Below are positions 20,549 through 29,673 of a stretch of DNA of 64,000 nucleotides, in pieces; within the stretch, counting starts at the first letter, position 1; each line of letters opens with the position of its first letter. Location of the stretch: the NCBI GenBank assembly GCA_050260375.1, contig JBLNCA010000006.1, positions 128,250 to 192,249 of the forward strand, in the 5' to 3' direction. The notes beneath the pieces are model-generated. The model saw nothing but the letters and a program-made list of their open reading frames with translations. It did not search any database and was not told the DNA's origin. This DNA comes from Burkholderiales bacterium (GTDB taxonomy: Bacteria; Bacillota; Clostridia; Christensenellales; SZUA-584). The translations under genes and the position numbers were made by a program.

Positions 20549-21436
20549 CTAGTTTTTCCGGTTGAGCATGTATTCGGCGAGCAATCTTAAGTCTTTTGCT
20601 TTGCCGCCGAAACAGTCAAGAGCTTTTATCGCTTCGTCAGTCTTTTGCCGCGCTATCTCCATCGACCTTTCTATGCCGTAAAGCCGCACAAACGTCTGCT
20701 TGTCGGAGCCGGTATCCTTGCCCGGCGTTTTGCCGAGGCTGTCCGCGGTGCCGGTCATGTCGAGTATATCGTCGATAAGCTGAAACACGAGCCCTATGCA
20801 TCCGCCGTACGTCGCGAGCGCGCTTATCTCTTCGCGCTTTGCCCTGTAAAGCGCGGCGCCCGATGTTACGGACGCTTTTATCAGCGCCGCGGTCTTGCGC
20901 TCGTGTATGTACTCCAAAACGTCCGCGCCCTGCTGCGTTCCCTCAAACGCTATATCCGCAGCCTGGCCGGCTATCATGCCCTTTACGCCAGCCGCTGCAG
21001 CTATCGTCTCCATCGCGGCGACGTAGTCGAGCCCGGCGTCCTTGTTGTTAAGCGCGCGTTTCAGCATCACTTCGAACGCGCAGTTTAAAAGCCCGTCTCC
21101 CGCGAGTATAGCGTACGCCTCGCCGAAAACTACGTGATTTGTCGGCTTGCCGCGGCGCAGTTCGTCGTTGTCCATCGCGGGCAAGTCGTCGTGTATGAGC
21201 GAGTATGTGTGTATCATCTCTATCGCGCAGGCAATATCGAGCGCGGCCGCTTCGTCTCCGAACATGCCGGCCGTAAGCAGGCACATTACCGGGCGCAGGC
21301 GCTTTCCTCCCGCCATGAGGCTGTACATCATGGCGTCCTTTAATATGCCGTTTTCGCACGACGCTTCCATAAGCTCTACAAGCCGCAGGTTTACCGATGT
21401 TTTAAGGCGCTCGACGCGCTCCAGCGAATCATTCAC
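20549..21436 (-). CDS. ispA: farnesyl diphosphate synthase (polyprenyl synthetase family)
   Basis: 295 aa with two Asp-rich motifs (LIHDDLPAMDNDELRRG and FQLIDDILD). It follows xseB. Confidence 0.88.
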   Translation of the reverse strand: MNDSLERVERLKTSVNLRLVELMEASCENGILKDAMMYSLMAGGKRLRPVMCLLTAGMFGDEAAALDIACAIEMIHTYSLIHDDLPAMDNDELRRGKPTNHVVFGEAYAILAGDGLLNCAFEVMLKRALNNKDAGLDYVAAMETIAAAAGVKGMIAGQAADIAFEGTQQGADVLEYIHERKTAALIKASVTSGAALYRAKREEISALATYGGCIGLVFQLIDDILDMTGTADSLGKTPGKDTGSDKQTFVRLYGIERSMEIARQKTDEAIKALDCFGGKAKDLRLLAEYMLNRKN

Positions 21437-21623
21437 CGTCTTTTGCCTCGGTCTCGAGTATCTCTATTTTTGAACGCAGCTTGTCAAGCCTGCTCATTAG
21501 CGAATTAGCAAGCTTTATGCCGTCCGCGTACAATTCCATGCTCTTCTCTATTCCCTCTTCGCCCGACTGCAGCCTTGAGGATATATCCTCTAATTTCTGC
21601 ATGTCCTTTTCAAATTCCCCCAT
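21429..21623 (-). CDS. xseB: exodeoxyribonuclease VII small subunit
   Basis: 64-aa helical protein lying directly after xseA and overlapping ispA by 8 nt. Confidence 0.9.
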   Translation of the reverse strand: MGEFEKDMQKLEDISSRLQSGEEGIEKSMELYADGIKLANSLMSRLDKLRSKIEILETEAKDGE

Positions 21624-21627
21624 ATCG

Positions 21628-22815
21628 TCAATCCTTTCTTCTTACCGCGACTCTTCCGTCCGAGAACTCAATCTCCATATCGGCGGCTGCGTTTTTGCTC
21701 GAAGTAACGACGTTATTGCTTTCATTAAACACTATGGCGTAGCCGCGCTTTAACACGTTGCGCGGATTAAGGCTTTCCAGGTTGTCGATGAATCTTTTTA
21801 AGGAAAGCTCATGCCTTTCCAGCGACGATAGCAGCGTTTGTTTCATAAGAACGCGGCAGGACGCAATGTTTTCCTTTGCCTTCTGCAGCTTAAGGCCAAA
21901 AGGGTACGATGCTATAATGCTCTTAAGCAGCGCGGTTTTCGTTTCGTAATCGTCAAGCAGCGCTGATAAGTTTTTATAAAGCTGCGCTTTATAGCTTACG
22001 AGGTATTCTACGAGAGCCTGCTTGTCTTTTACTACCAGCTCCGCCGCTGCCGACGGCGTGGGAGCGCGAAGGTCCGCAGCCATATCGCACAGCGTATAAT
22101 CTGTTTCGTGCCCTACCGCCGAAACAACGGGTATGTCCGATTCATAGACTGCTCTTGCCACGCACTCTTCGTTGAAGGCGAAAAGGTCTTCAAACGAGCC
22201 GCCTCCCCTGCCTACGATTATCACGTCAACGTCGCGGGATTGGTTGAAATGCCTTATGCCTTCGCATATCTGCCGGGCGGCGTCCTGGCCCTGCACCTGC
22301 ACCGGGTACACTTTAATGTTTATTCCCTCGAACCTGCGCGTGGCAACGACTATTATATCGTGCATCACGGCGCCCGACGACGACGTGACCACGCCGAGCC
22401 GCAGAGGAAATTCCGGCAGCGGTTTTTTATGAGAAACGTCGAACAGCCCTTCGTTATACAGCTTTTTCTTTGTGCGCTCGAAGCGCGCAAAAAGGTCTCC
22501 TACGCCCTGCAGGCTCGCAGCCGTTGCGATAAACTGCACCGCGCCCGTTTTCCTGTAAAAAACTATCCTGCCCGTGATCTGTACCAGCGCTCCGTCCGAT
22601 ATGACCCCGCTGTCTTCGTTGTCAAGAAAATCGTGCATTACGCAGTTTATCATGCTGTCTTCGTCCTTCAGGGAAAAGAAAGCATGCCCGACGGAAGACA
22701 TGCTAAAATTCGTGACTTCTCCCACTACGGATACGCTGCTTAAAAACGGGTCCTTCCAAAGCTTGCGGTTTATATATTCGCTTATCTGCGAAACGCTGAA
22801 AACCGGCTCAGACAT
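21628..22815 (-). CDS. xseA: exodeoxyribonuclease VII large subunit
   Basis: 395 aa with an N-terminal OB fold (VSVVGEVTNFSMSSVGHAFFSLKDE) and a catalytic core (GRGGGSFEDLFAFNEE). Confidence 0.93.
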   Translation of the reverse strand: MSEPVFSVSQISEYINRKLWKDPFLSSVSVVGEVTNFSMSSVGHAFFSLKDEDSMINCVMHDFLDNEDSGVISDGALVQITGRIVFYRKTGAVQFIATAASLQGVGDLFARFERTKKKLYNEGLFDVSHKKPLPEFPLRLGVVTSSSGAVMHDIIVVATRRFEGINIKVYPVQVQGQDAARQICEGIRHFNQSRDVDVIIVGRGGGSFEDLFAFNEECVARAVYESDIPVVSAVGHETDYTLCDMAADLRAPTPSAAAELVVKDKQALVEYLVSYKAQLYKNLSALLDDYETKTALLKSIIASYPFGLKLQKAKENIASCRVLMKQTLLSSLERHELSLKRFIDNLESLNPRNVLKRGYAIVFNESNNVVTSSKNAAADMEIEFSDGRVAVRRKD

Positions 22816-23647
22816 GGGAAAGCGCTGCCTCTATCGTGTTTTCAAGAAGCATCGTTATAGTCATTGGCCCTACGCCGCCGGGAACGGGTGTGATGAACGA
22901 AGCTTTCTTTGCCGCTTCCTCAAACAGTACGTCCCCTTTCAGCTTGCCGTCGACCTTGGTGGTGCCCACGTCTATTACCACCGCGCCCGGCTTAATAAAT
23001 TCTCCCGTTATAAACTCCGGCTTGCCTATGGCGGCAACGAGTATGTCCGCACGGGCGCAAACGGAGGCAAGGTCCTTGGTGCGCGAATGGCACATTGTGA
23101 CCGTTGCGTTTTCATTTAGCAGCAGCATCGCGGCGGGCTTGCCCACCATCGCGCTCCTGCCGACGACTACTGCCTGCTTGCCGCTTATTTCGGTGCCTGT
23201 GCTTTTTATCATTTTTATAACGCCTTTGGGAGTGCACGGAAGGAACCCCTTTTCGCCGACAAAAAGCCTTCCCGCCGTTACTACGTGCAGCCCGTCAACG
23301 TCTTTATCCGGGTCTACGGCGCGCAATACGTTGCGCTCGTCTATATGCTTTGGCAAAGGAAGCTGCACAAGTATGCCATGAATGCTTGGATTGCCGTTGA
23401 GCTCTTTAACTATGGATATTACTTGCTGCTCGCTCGTGTCCGCGCCGAGCCGGTGCACCAAGGAGTATATGCCTACTTCCTCGCACGCTTTTTCCTTGTT
23501 GCGCACATATACTGCCGACGCCGGATCGTCGCCTACGAGTATTACGGCGAGCCCAGGCGTTACCCCTTTTTGCTTAAGCTCCTCAACTTTCTTTTTCAGT
23601 TCCTCGCGTATGCCCAGCGATAGAGCCTTTCCATCAATTATGTTCAA
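22808..23647 (-). CDS. folD: bifunctional methylenetetrahydrofolate dehydrogenase / methenyl-THF cyclohydrolase
   Basis: 279 aa with motifs VVGRSAMVGKPAAMLL and VPGGVGPMTI. Confidence 0.96.
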   Translation of the reverse strand: MNIIDGKALSLGIREELKKKVEELKQKGVTPGLAVILVGDDPASAVYVRNKEKACEEVGIYSLVHRLGADTSEQQVISIVKELNGNPSIHGILVQLPLPKHIDERNVLRAVDPDKDVDGLHVVTAGRLFVGEKGFLPCTPKGVIKMIKSTGTEISGKQAVVVGRSAMVGKPAAMLLLNENATVTMCHSRTKDLASVCARADILVAAIGKPEFITGEFIKPGAVVIDVGTTKVDGKLKGDVLFEEAAKKASFITPVPGGVGPMTITMLLENTIEAALSHV

Positions 23648-24614
23648 TTTTGTGCTCCTTTTCTACCCCCAAAAAGGGGACCCCTTTGTATAAAATCTCC
23701 GCCGCAAGCGCAAGGCCGCAGGCGTTGTCTGCGCTGTATTCCTTATCGGCGAATATGCACTCAAAGCCGTTTTTGCCGCAAACGTACAGCAGTTTTTCCC
23801 TTATTATTCTATTACAAATAACGCCGCCTGTAAAAACAAACTTTTTGATACTCGTATGCTCCGCAGCGTTAGTTACCAGCCGCGCCAGCGTCTCTGCCGC
23901 ACAGTCTATAACGCCGCTGAAAACATACGAGCGCTCCGCGCCCTCTTCAAGTAGCCGCTTCGCCTGAGCTTCCGCGCCCGAAAGGTTGGCAAAGAGCCCA
24001 TTCACATTTACCGAAAGCTTTGCGCCGCCCAGTGAATAGAACTTTTCCATATCGGCGCCTGCGGGAAACATAAGCCCCGCCGCTACGCCTGTCCTGTCTA
24101 TAAGCTGGCCGCACGTTATGTCGAGAGTGCCACCTATCTCGGTTATCCCGGTAATGACGCCTCCGCTTACGCTGACACGGAGTACGTCGAGAGTACCGCC
24201 CGACGCGTGAACGGCGCAGCAGTCGCCTTCAAACGCGGCGCCGCCCAAAAAAGCGGAATATATGTGCCCGTGCTGGTGCGTAAGCGCGTAATAACTTGCG
24301 CCGAGAGCCGACGCGCAAAGCATAGCCGCCGATTCGCCGACGCAGAAAACGGGCATGTAAGAATCGTCCCTCGGGCGCGGCTTTTCGCTGCATGCTACGC
24401 CCTTTATGTTGTATTTCTGCATAGGGTATTGTGAAAGTATGGATTTTAAGTTCTTCACATGCTGAAATACCGCCTCGGATTGCCTCAGGCCCCGCGCGCC
24501 CTTTTCGACGCTCAGCATTATTCGTTTATCGTACAGTACCCTGCCGCCGGAAACAACGGCTATTGAAGTGGTATAGCAGCTCGTGTCAAAAGCAAGGAAG
24601 CACTCATCCCTCAT
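23634..24614 (-). CDS. TsaD/Kae1-like (peptidase M22 / ASKHA fold) protein of unclear function
   Basis: 326 aa. The N-terminal FDTSCYTTSIAVV resembles the TsaB/TsaD start, and a HQHGH motif resembles the TsaD metal site. It sits between nusB and folD. Confidence 0.65.
   Translation of the reverse strand: MRDECFLAFDTSCYTTSIAVVSGGRVLYDKRIMLSVEKGARGLRQSEAVFQHVKNLKSILSQYPMQKYNIKGVACSEKPRPRDDSYMPVFCVGESAAMLCASALGASYYALTHQHGHIYSAFLGGAAFEGDCCAVHASGGTLDVLRVSVSGGVITGITEIGGTLDITCGQLIDRTGVAAGLMFPAGADMEKFYSLGGAKLSVNVNGLFANLSGAEAQAKRLLEEGAERSYVFSGVIDCAAETLARLVTNAAEHTSIKKFVFTGGVICNRIIREKLLYVCGKNGFECIFADKEYSADNACGLALAAEILYKGVPFLGVEKEHKIEHN
23664..23690 (-). repeat. shortened copy of the GGGGTCCCC hairpin repeat at the 3' end of the TsaD-like gene
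   Basis: The minus strand reads ATACAAAGGGGTCCCC-TTTTTGGGGGTAG. This is the family ends without the AAAAAG arm and loop. It encodes ..YKGVPFLGV.. 10 codons before the stop. Confidence 0.5.
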
Positions 24615-25029
24615 CGGACTGACCTTCTTTTGAGACCAGTACGCCTGCCAGCACGCCGTTTACAAATTTGGACGACTTGTCGGTCGAATATTTTTTAGCC
24701 AGCTCAACGCATTCGTTAATCGTTATGCTAGGATGTATGTCCTCAAAATATTCAATTTCGCACACGCCGAGCCGCAGTATCGAGAGGTCCACCTTGGACA
24801 TATGCCCTATGTTCCAGCCTTTTGAATTCTTCTGTATAAGAGAGTCTATCGCTTCCCTGTTTGCTTTGAATTTCTCGATAGCGCCCGAAACATATTCCCA
24901 GGCGTTTTCATTCATTCCCTTATCAAAACAATCCCGCATAACGTCCATCGTAGCGGAATTGAATTCTCCGTTTATTGAATACTCGTAAAACAGCCTAAAA
25001 GCCGTATCCCTTGCCGACCTTCTGCTCAA
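24604..25029 (-). CDS. nusB: transcription antitermination factor NusB
   Basis: 141 aa with the N-terminus MSRRSARDTAFRLFYEY and an overall helical NusB pattern. Confidence 0.92.
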   Translation of the reverse strand: MSRRSARDTAFRLFYEYSINGEFNSATMDVMRDCFDKGMNENAWEYVSGAIEKFKANREAIDSLIQKNSKGWNIGHMSKVDLSILRLGVCEIEYFEDIHPSITINECVELAKKYSTDKSSKFVNGVLAGVLVSKEGQSDEG

Positions 25030-25044
25030 ACCTACCTCCGCATA

Positions 25045-25278
25045 TCATTTGAAAATGTCGGGCAATACCCTGTCCAATATTTCAAATAGCTTTTTCTTGT
25101 ATTTATTATTGGAACCAAAAAAGACGCCTATACCTACGCAGATTGCCAAAAACAGCGTAGCAAAAAAACCTGCCCAGAGTATGAGCGCTCCGACGAAAAA
25201 ACCGATGCAGCCTCCGGTTATTACGCCTCTATGAGCTTTGAAAAACCTAGCGAACCCGCTGTTATTCTGCTCGGACAC
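25045..25278 (-). CDS. DUF2273 small integral membrane protein
   Basis: 77 aa with two TM segments (GVITGGCIGFFVGALILWAGFFATLFLAICVGIGVFFG). It is the last gene of an asp23-type cluster. Confidence 0.7.
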   Translation of the reverse strand: MSEQNNSGFARFFKAHRGVITGGCIGFFVGALILWAGFFATLFLAICVGIGVFFGSNNKYKKKLFEILDRVLPDIFK

Positions 25279-25856
25279 TATTCTACACGCGCCTTTACGA
25301 CCTGCGACGTCTTCTCGACAAGCAGGGTTATTTTATTTACTTCTATACCTGAGAGCACCTCTATATGCTCCTTAAGGCTTGTCTGCAATGAGAGTAAAAT
25401 TTCAGGGATGTTGGCGCCTTCCGCTATTGCGATTCTCGCAACTATGTTTGCCTTTGCGTCCTTCATTCTGATAGACGCTTTTACGTTTCTTACCGCCTCG
25501 TGAGCTGATATATGGCGCATCGCCATCTCTTCTATCGCGCTTACCGAAATGAACACTGCGCCGAGGCCTGTCGTCTTAATAAGCGCGGATTTCGGCTTGC
25601 GCCTGCGTATGCCGTAAAACATAAGAATAAGGCTCAAGAGCACAACGGCCACGACTATAACCGATACGGCAAGGCGCACGACGCTGTCGCCGTAAAGCTG
25701 CGCGACCCAGAAGTTGGGCCATTCGATGCTGATAAGCCCCCATGCCATGCCCAGCGTTATTGCCGAGACAAACAGCACGAGGAGAATGTATATGGTCAGT
25801 AAGAACCGCATGAAAATCCGCATTACGTTTTTCCCCCGTAAATCTTTACGCCCCAA
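25278..25856 (-). CDS. amaP: alkaline shock response membrane anchor protein (AmaP-like)
   Basis: 192 aa with two N-terminal TM helices followed by a soluble domain. It lies immediately downstream of asp23. The exact start is uncertain. Confidence 0.65.
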   Translation of the reverse strand: MGRKDLRGKNVMRIFMRFLLTIYILLVLFVSAITLGMAWGLISIEWPNFWVAQLYGDSVVRLAVSVIVVAVVLLSLILMFYGIRRRKPKSALIKTTGLGAVFISVSAIEEMAMRHISAHEAVRNVKASIRMKDAKANIVARIAIAEGANIPEILLSLQTSLKEHIEVLSGIEVNKITLLVEKTSQVVKARVE

Positions 25857-25887
25857 AGCAAGGCTTTAAAGCGTTTATAGGTCCGGC

Positions 25888-26283
25888 TCAGTGAACGCGC
25901 TTTGCGTCCTCCGCCGGGGTTTTGCTTATGCGTACTCCCTGGATATGTACGTTTGTTTCAACGACCCGCAGGCCCGTCATCGTTTCGACCGCCTTGGCGA
26001 CGTTTGCCTGTATGTTCTTGCACACCGCGGGTATATCGCAGCCGTACTCCACAATGACAAAAAGATCGACGGCGCATTCCTCCTTGCCGACCTCGACCTT
26101 TACGCCCTTTGTCAGATTTTTTCTGCCGAGCAGTTCAGCGAGCCCTCCCGAGAACCCGCCGCTCATGCCGGCAACGCCTTCGATCTCCACCGTTGCAAGC
26201 CCCGCTATCGTGGCTACAACGTCGTTAGCAAAGGATATGCTGCCGTTCTGTTCCTCTCGCGTATTCATGTCGTTTGTGCTCAA
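25888..26283 (-). CDS. Asp23/Gls24 family envelope stress protein
   Basis: 131 aa with the pattern ISFANDVVATIAGLATVEIEGVAGM...VKVEVGKEECAVDLFVIVEYG, typical of Asp23. Confidence 0.85.
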   Translation of the reverse strand: MSTNDMNTREEQNGSISFANDVVATIAGLATVEIEGVAGMSGGFSGGLAELLGRKNLTKGVKVEVGKEECAVDLFVIVEYGCDIPAVCKNIQANVAKAVETMTGLRVVETNVHIQGVRISKTPAEDAKRVH

Positions 26284-26375
26284 ATATTACCACCTCTTCT
26301 TATCTGTTAGATAATTATAACAGATGGGGCAGCTGAATACAATCAACTTTAAATTACTTTAATATAATCGTAAAA

Positions 26376-26924
26376 TTACTTCTGCAATATTATCTTTATA
26401 TTCTGAGCCGGCTCCTTTGTCTCACCCTTTACTATTTCGAGCACCTTTGCGGCCTGCTCCTTGGTTATTTCTTTAGCCTTCAGCACAACGTTTACCGACC
26501 CCGTCTGTACGGTGACTATTGCGTCCGGAAAACCGCTTGCCACAAGCAGACCTTCAATTGTAAGCTCGGATTCCATCGCCTTAACAATTTCAATTTTCTG
26601 ATCCTGCGCTTCCTTAATGGTTTCCGCGTCGCTGCTCTTGTTGGATATTATGCTGTCTAGGTACGCTATTTCAGTCTCGCGCACGTTTTCCCTATTTGCC
26701 TTGTAGTCTTCAAAATAATTCTGCGAGGAAATTACGGCAACGTCGTCAGCCTGCAATGCGCCTTTAATATCGGTTGGGACCGTGTCGGCGACGTTTTCGT
26801 CAGAGCCCGGGTTGCTAAGTATATAATTGATATAACCGACTGCGACCAAAACGACTATCAAACCAGTAAGCAGCAGATACTTTTTAACTTTGCTATTTTT
26901 CATTATTCCACTTCCCTTATTCAT
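26376..26924 (-). CDS. spoIIIAH: stage III sporulation protein AH
   Basis: 182 aa with an N-terminal TM helix and the motifs FEDYKANRENVRETEIAYL and LLVASGFPDAIV. It is the last gene of the spoIIIA operon. Confidence 0.78.
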   Translation of the reverse strand: MNKGSGIMKNSKVKKYLLLTGLIVVLVAVGYINYILSNPGSDENVADTVPTDIKGALQADDVAVISSQNYFEDYKANRENVRETEIAYLDSIISNKSSDAETIKEAQDQKIEIVKAMESELTIEGLLVASGFPDAIVTVQTGSVNVVLKAKEITKEQAAKVLEIVKGETKEPAQNIKIILQK

Positions 26925-27549
26925 TATTCATTTTATAAACGTCGACCCTGTCCGGGCTGACGTTCAATACCGTTTCCACCGCTCGCAGTAAATTGAGCTT
27001 TACGCCTATATCGTCCGCTCCTTCGGCTACTACTATAACGCCCATTACTTTGGGGCTGTTCTCGCGCAACACCAGCGCGCTGGTTCCGCCGCTCCCGCTT
27101 ATTGTAACAACGTTGCTCTGCGTGTTTTCAGTATTTATGGTGCTTGTTCCCGATTCGCCCGCGTTCGTCGTGGAGGAAGTCTGCTTGTTCTCGCTTATCG
27201 CAGGTACTATCTCCGGAGTCGATTCATACGTTATAAAGACGTCAACCCTGCCCGCTCCCTCTATCGACGAAAGTATGTCCTCGAGCTTTGCTTCGAGGTC
27301 CTCAGACTGCACCGCTTCTTTTTCGGGCTTAGAAGGCGTTTCATTTACCTTGCCGCTGTTAAATGAAGAGAAGTATATCGTGAGTATGATAACTACGAGC
27401 AGCAGTATCGCGACATACTGTATCTTTTTCTTCGTATCCAGCTTTTTAAAAGACGATATAAGTTTTCCCGCCTTGCCCGTTATATCCGCTTTAGTTTCTT
27501 TGCTTTTTTCCTGCCGATCTCCCATACCTTTTCCCTCGACCCTTTTCAC
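26917..27549 (-). CDS. spoIIIAG: stage III sporulation protein AG
   Basis: 210 aa with one TM helix and a C-terminal ring-forming domain pattern (GAGRVDVFITYES...VMGVIVVAEGADD). Confidence 0.8.
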   Translation of the reverse strand: MKRVEGKGMGDRQEKSKETKADITGKAGKLISSFKKLDTKKKIQYVAILLLVVIILTIYFSSFNSGKVNETPSKPEKEAVQSEDLEAKLEDILSSIEGAGRVDVFITYESTPEIVPAISENKQTSSTTNAGESGTSTINTENTQSNVVTISGSGGTSALVLRENSPKVMGVIVVAEGADDIGVKLNLLRAVETVLNVSPDRVDVYKMNNE

Positions 27550-27563
27550 TATAGATATTTATT

Positions 27564-27854
27564 TTATTCATCGCCCATATATACCTTAAAAATATAATCT
27601 CTGTAGTAAGACGCGTCGTAACTGTGCTTGCTTATTTGCGTCATGCTGCTAACCGCGTTTTTCAGCTCCTGCTCGAAATTTACGCCGCCCAGCAGCTTGA
27701 AAAGCGGCGAGAGCATAAAGAGCGTAACCAGCACGCCCAGCACGACGGCGATATACTTTTTTATTGATGTTTCCGGCAGCAGCGAGCTTATAACAGCGCT
27801 GAAAAGCACCGCTATGGTCACGCTTACCGCCCAGGATGAAAGAAAACCCTGCAT
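27564..27854 (-). CDS. spoIIIAF: stage III sporulation protein AF (short, membrane part only)
   Basis: 96 aa with two TM helices and an LLPETSIKKY-type linker. It sits between spoIIIAE and spoIIIAG. There is no room for a longer C-terminal domain. Confidence 0.72.
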   Translation of the reverse strand: MQGFLSSWAVSVTIAVLFSAVISSLLPETSIKKYIAVVLGVLVTLFMLSPLFKLLGGVNFEQELKNAVSSMTQISKHSYDASYYRDYIFKVYMGDE

Positions 27855-27857
27855 ATG

Positions 27858-29057
27858 TTACCTCAACATAACGTTTGTATTGCCCGCGCCTATTATTACG
27901 GCTACGGTTATGAAAAACATTGCGGCTGCGGCGACCACCGCCGCGAAAAGCAGCAGCAGCACGTCAGCGGACGCGGTTGCGAACTTGCCAATAGGCTTTC
28001 CGCCGACCGGCTCGAGCACCGCCCCCGTGAGCTTAAACAAAAAGTAATGCGCCAGTATGCCGAACACCGGGGTTATAGCTATTGCCGCAATGATAATTAT
28101 CCCGGCGATGCCTATCGCGTTCTTTATAAGCAGCGTGCACGATATAAGCACGTCTACCGAGTCGGACACCATGCCGCCTATAATGGGAACGAGCTTGTCA
28201 ATAGTATATTTTGCTGTCTTTATCGATATGCCGTCGAATGTGGAGCCTAGTAGCCCCTGTATGGCTATTATCCCTAAGAATATCGTAAAGCTTAGCCCTA
28301 TAGCCCATTTGACTATCGTCTTGATAAGCGCGCAGAAACCTGTCAGTTTTATGCTCGTAGAAAAGTTGTTTATTATCGTAAACACCGTAAGCACTATAAC
28401 CAGCGGCATTATTACGCTGCTGAAGAATATAGATATGCCTGTAGTAAGGAACACCGTGGCGGGGCTGAGTATCGCCGCGGACGTGATGCCGCCAAGCGCC
28501 GTCAGCAGCGTTATCAGCAGCGGAAAAAGATCGGAAGTAAACGACGTCATCGATTTAATGGCGCCCGCGCCTATCGAGAACGCTACGGAGAGTATGCCTA
28601 TCGTTATAGTGCCTATTATCACGAACTGAGCCGTCTGCGCGGCCTTCGATACGCCAGTGTCGCCGAACGACGGCTTGAAGTGGGTTATTATGCTGAACAG
28701 CAGCGCTATTACTATTATCTGCACTATCGCGGGTATGCTCTGCTTTACGCCGCCGAACATCGAATCGAGAACGAGCGAATACACGTCGGTTATTTGAAAA
28801 TCCGCGCCGCCTTTTGCGAGCATGATTACGAACGTCTTAAGGTCCACGCCGCCTGTTATAGGGCGCAGCGTGTCTGCGTACTTGTTGAAATACTCCTCTA
28901 TTTCATGAAGGTCGGCCGTGCCCAGAGCGCTTTCTATATTGCGCGTTATCTCGTCTTCGAGCGCCCTGTCTATCTCTTCCTCGTCCGTTGCGTGCGACGA
29001 AGACGGGAACGCAAGCATGCATAGCGCTATTAATACGATTATCACGGCTTTCTTCAT
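27858..29057 (-). CDS. spoIIIAE: stage III sporulation protein AE
   Basis: 399 aa with a signal sequence and a polytopic membrane domain. Assignment rests on its position in the spoIIIA operon. Confidence 0.9.
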   Translation of the reverse strand: MKKAVIIVLIALCMLAFPSSSHATDEEEIDRALEDEITRNIESALGTADLHEIEEYFNKYADTLRPITGGVDLKTFVIMLAKGGADFQITDVYSLVLDSMFGGVKQSIPAIVQIIVIALLFSIITHFKPSFGDTGVSKAAQTAQFVIIGTITIGILSVAFSIGAGAIKSMTSFTSDLFPLLITLLTALGGITSAAILSPATVFLTTGISIFFSSVIMPLVIVLTVFTIINNFSTSIKLTGFCALIKTIVKWAIGLSFTIFLGIIAIQGLLGSTFDGISIKTAKYTIDKLVPIIGGMVSDSVDVLISCTLLIKNAIGIAGIIIIAAIAITPVFGILAHYFLFKLTGAVLEPVGGKPIGKFATASADVLLLLFAAVVAAAAMFFITVAVIIGAGNTNVMLR

Positions 29058-29074
29058 ATGTTTTTCCCTAGAGT

Positions 29075-29461
29075 TTATCCAAGCAGGCCCAGCACCATGT
29101 TCATAAACGACGTAATAACCGGCAGCGAAAGCACGATTATAAACACCCTTCCTGCAAGCTCGACCTTTGAGGCTATTGAGCTCTCCCCGGTATCTTTAAG
29201 CAGCTGTACGGCAAATTCGCATATATACGCTACGCCTATGATCTTTAACACCACGGTGATGCTTTCATACGGTATGTCGTACCTCGAGACTACGTCTCTT
29301 ATATAGTCGACCGCGGTAACAAGGTAATCGAGAGCGTATATAAAAATAATCAGGCCGGCCACCAGGCTTACCTGCATGGCAAGCTCCGGCTGCTTCTGTT
29401 TTATAGCTATCACCAGCACGCCCGAGAGTATGCCTATGAACGCTATCTGTACTATCTCCAT
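29075..29461 (-). CDS. spoIIIAD: stage III sporulation protein AD
   Basis: 128 aa with four TM segments. Assignment rests on its position in the operon. Confidence 0.88.
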   Translation of the reverse strand: MEIVQIAFIGILSGVLVIAIKQKQPELAMQVSLVAGLIIFIYALDYLVTAVDYIRDVVSRYDIPYESITVVLKIIGVAYICEFAVQLLKDTGESSIASKVELAGRVFIIVLSLPVITSFMNMVLGLLG

Positions 29462-29462
29462 G

Positions 29463-29660
29463 TCAATACAGCCCGAATATGCGCTTTACGCTTTCAAACA
29501 GGTTGCCGACAAGGTCTACGACCATAAGCAGAACGATTACAAGCCCGGCTATGGTGGTGAGCAGCGCGATATCGTCCCTGCCCGAGCGCACGAGCAGCGC
29601 GTGCAGTACGGCTATGAGTATGCCTATCGCGGCAATTCTGAATATTATATCTATGTTCAA
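29463..29660 (-). CDS. spoIIIAC: stage III sporulation protein AC
   Basis: 65 aa with two TM segments. Assignment rests on its position in the operon. Confidence 0.88.
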   Translation of the reverse strand: MNIDIIFRIAAIGILIAVLHALLVRSGRDDIALLTTIAGLVIVLLMVVDLVGNLFESVKRIFGLY

Positions 29661-29673
29661 TCATATCCCTCCT

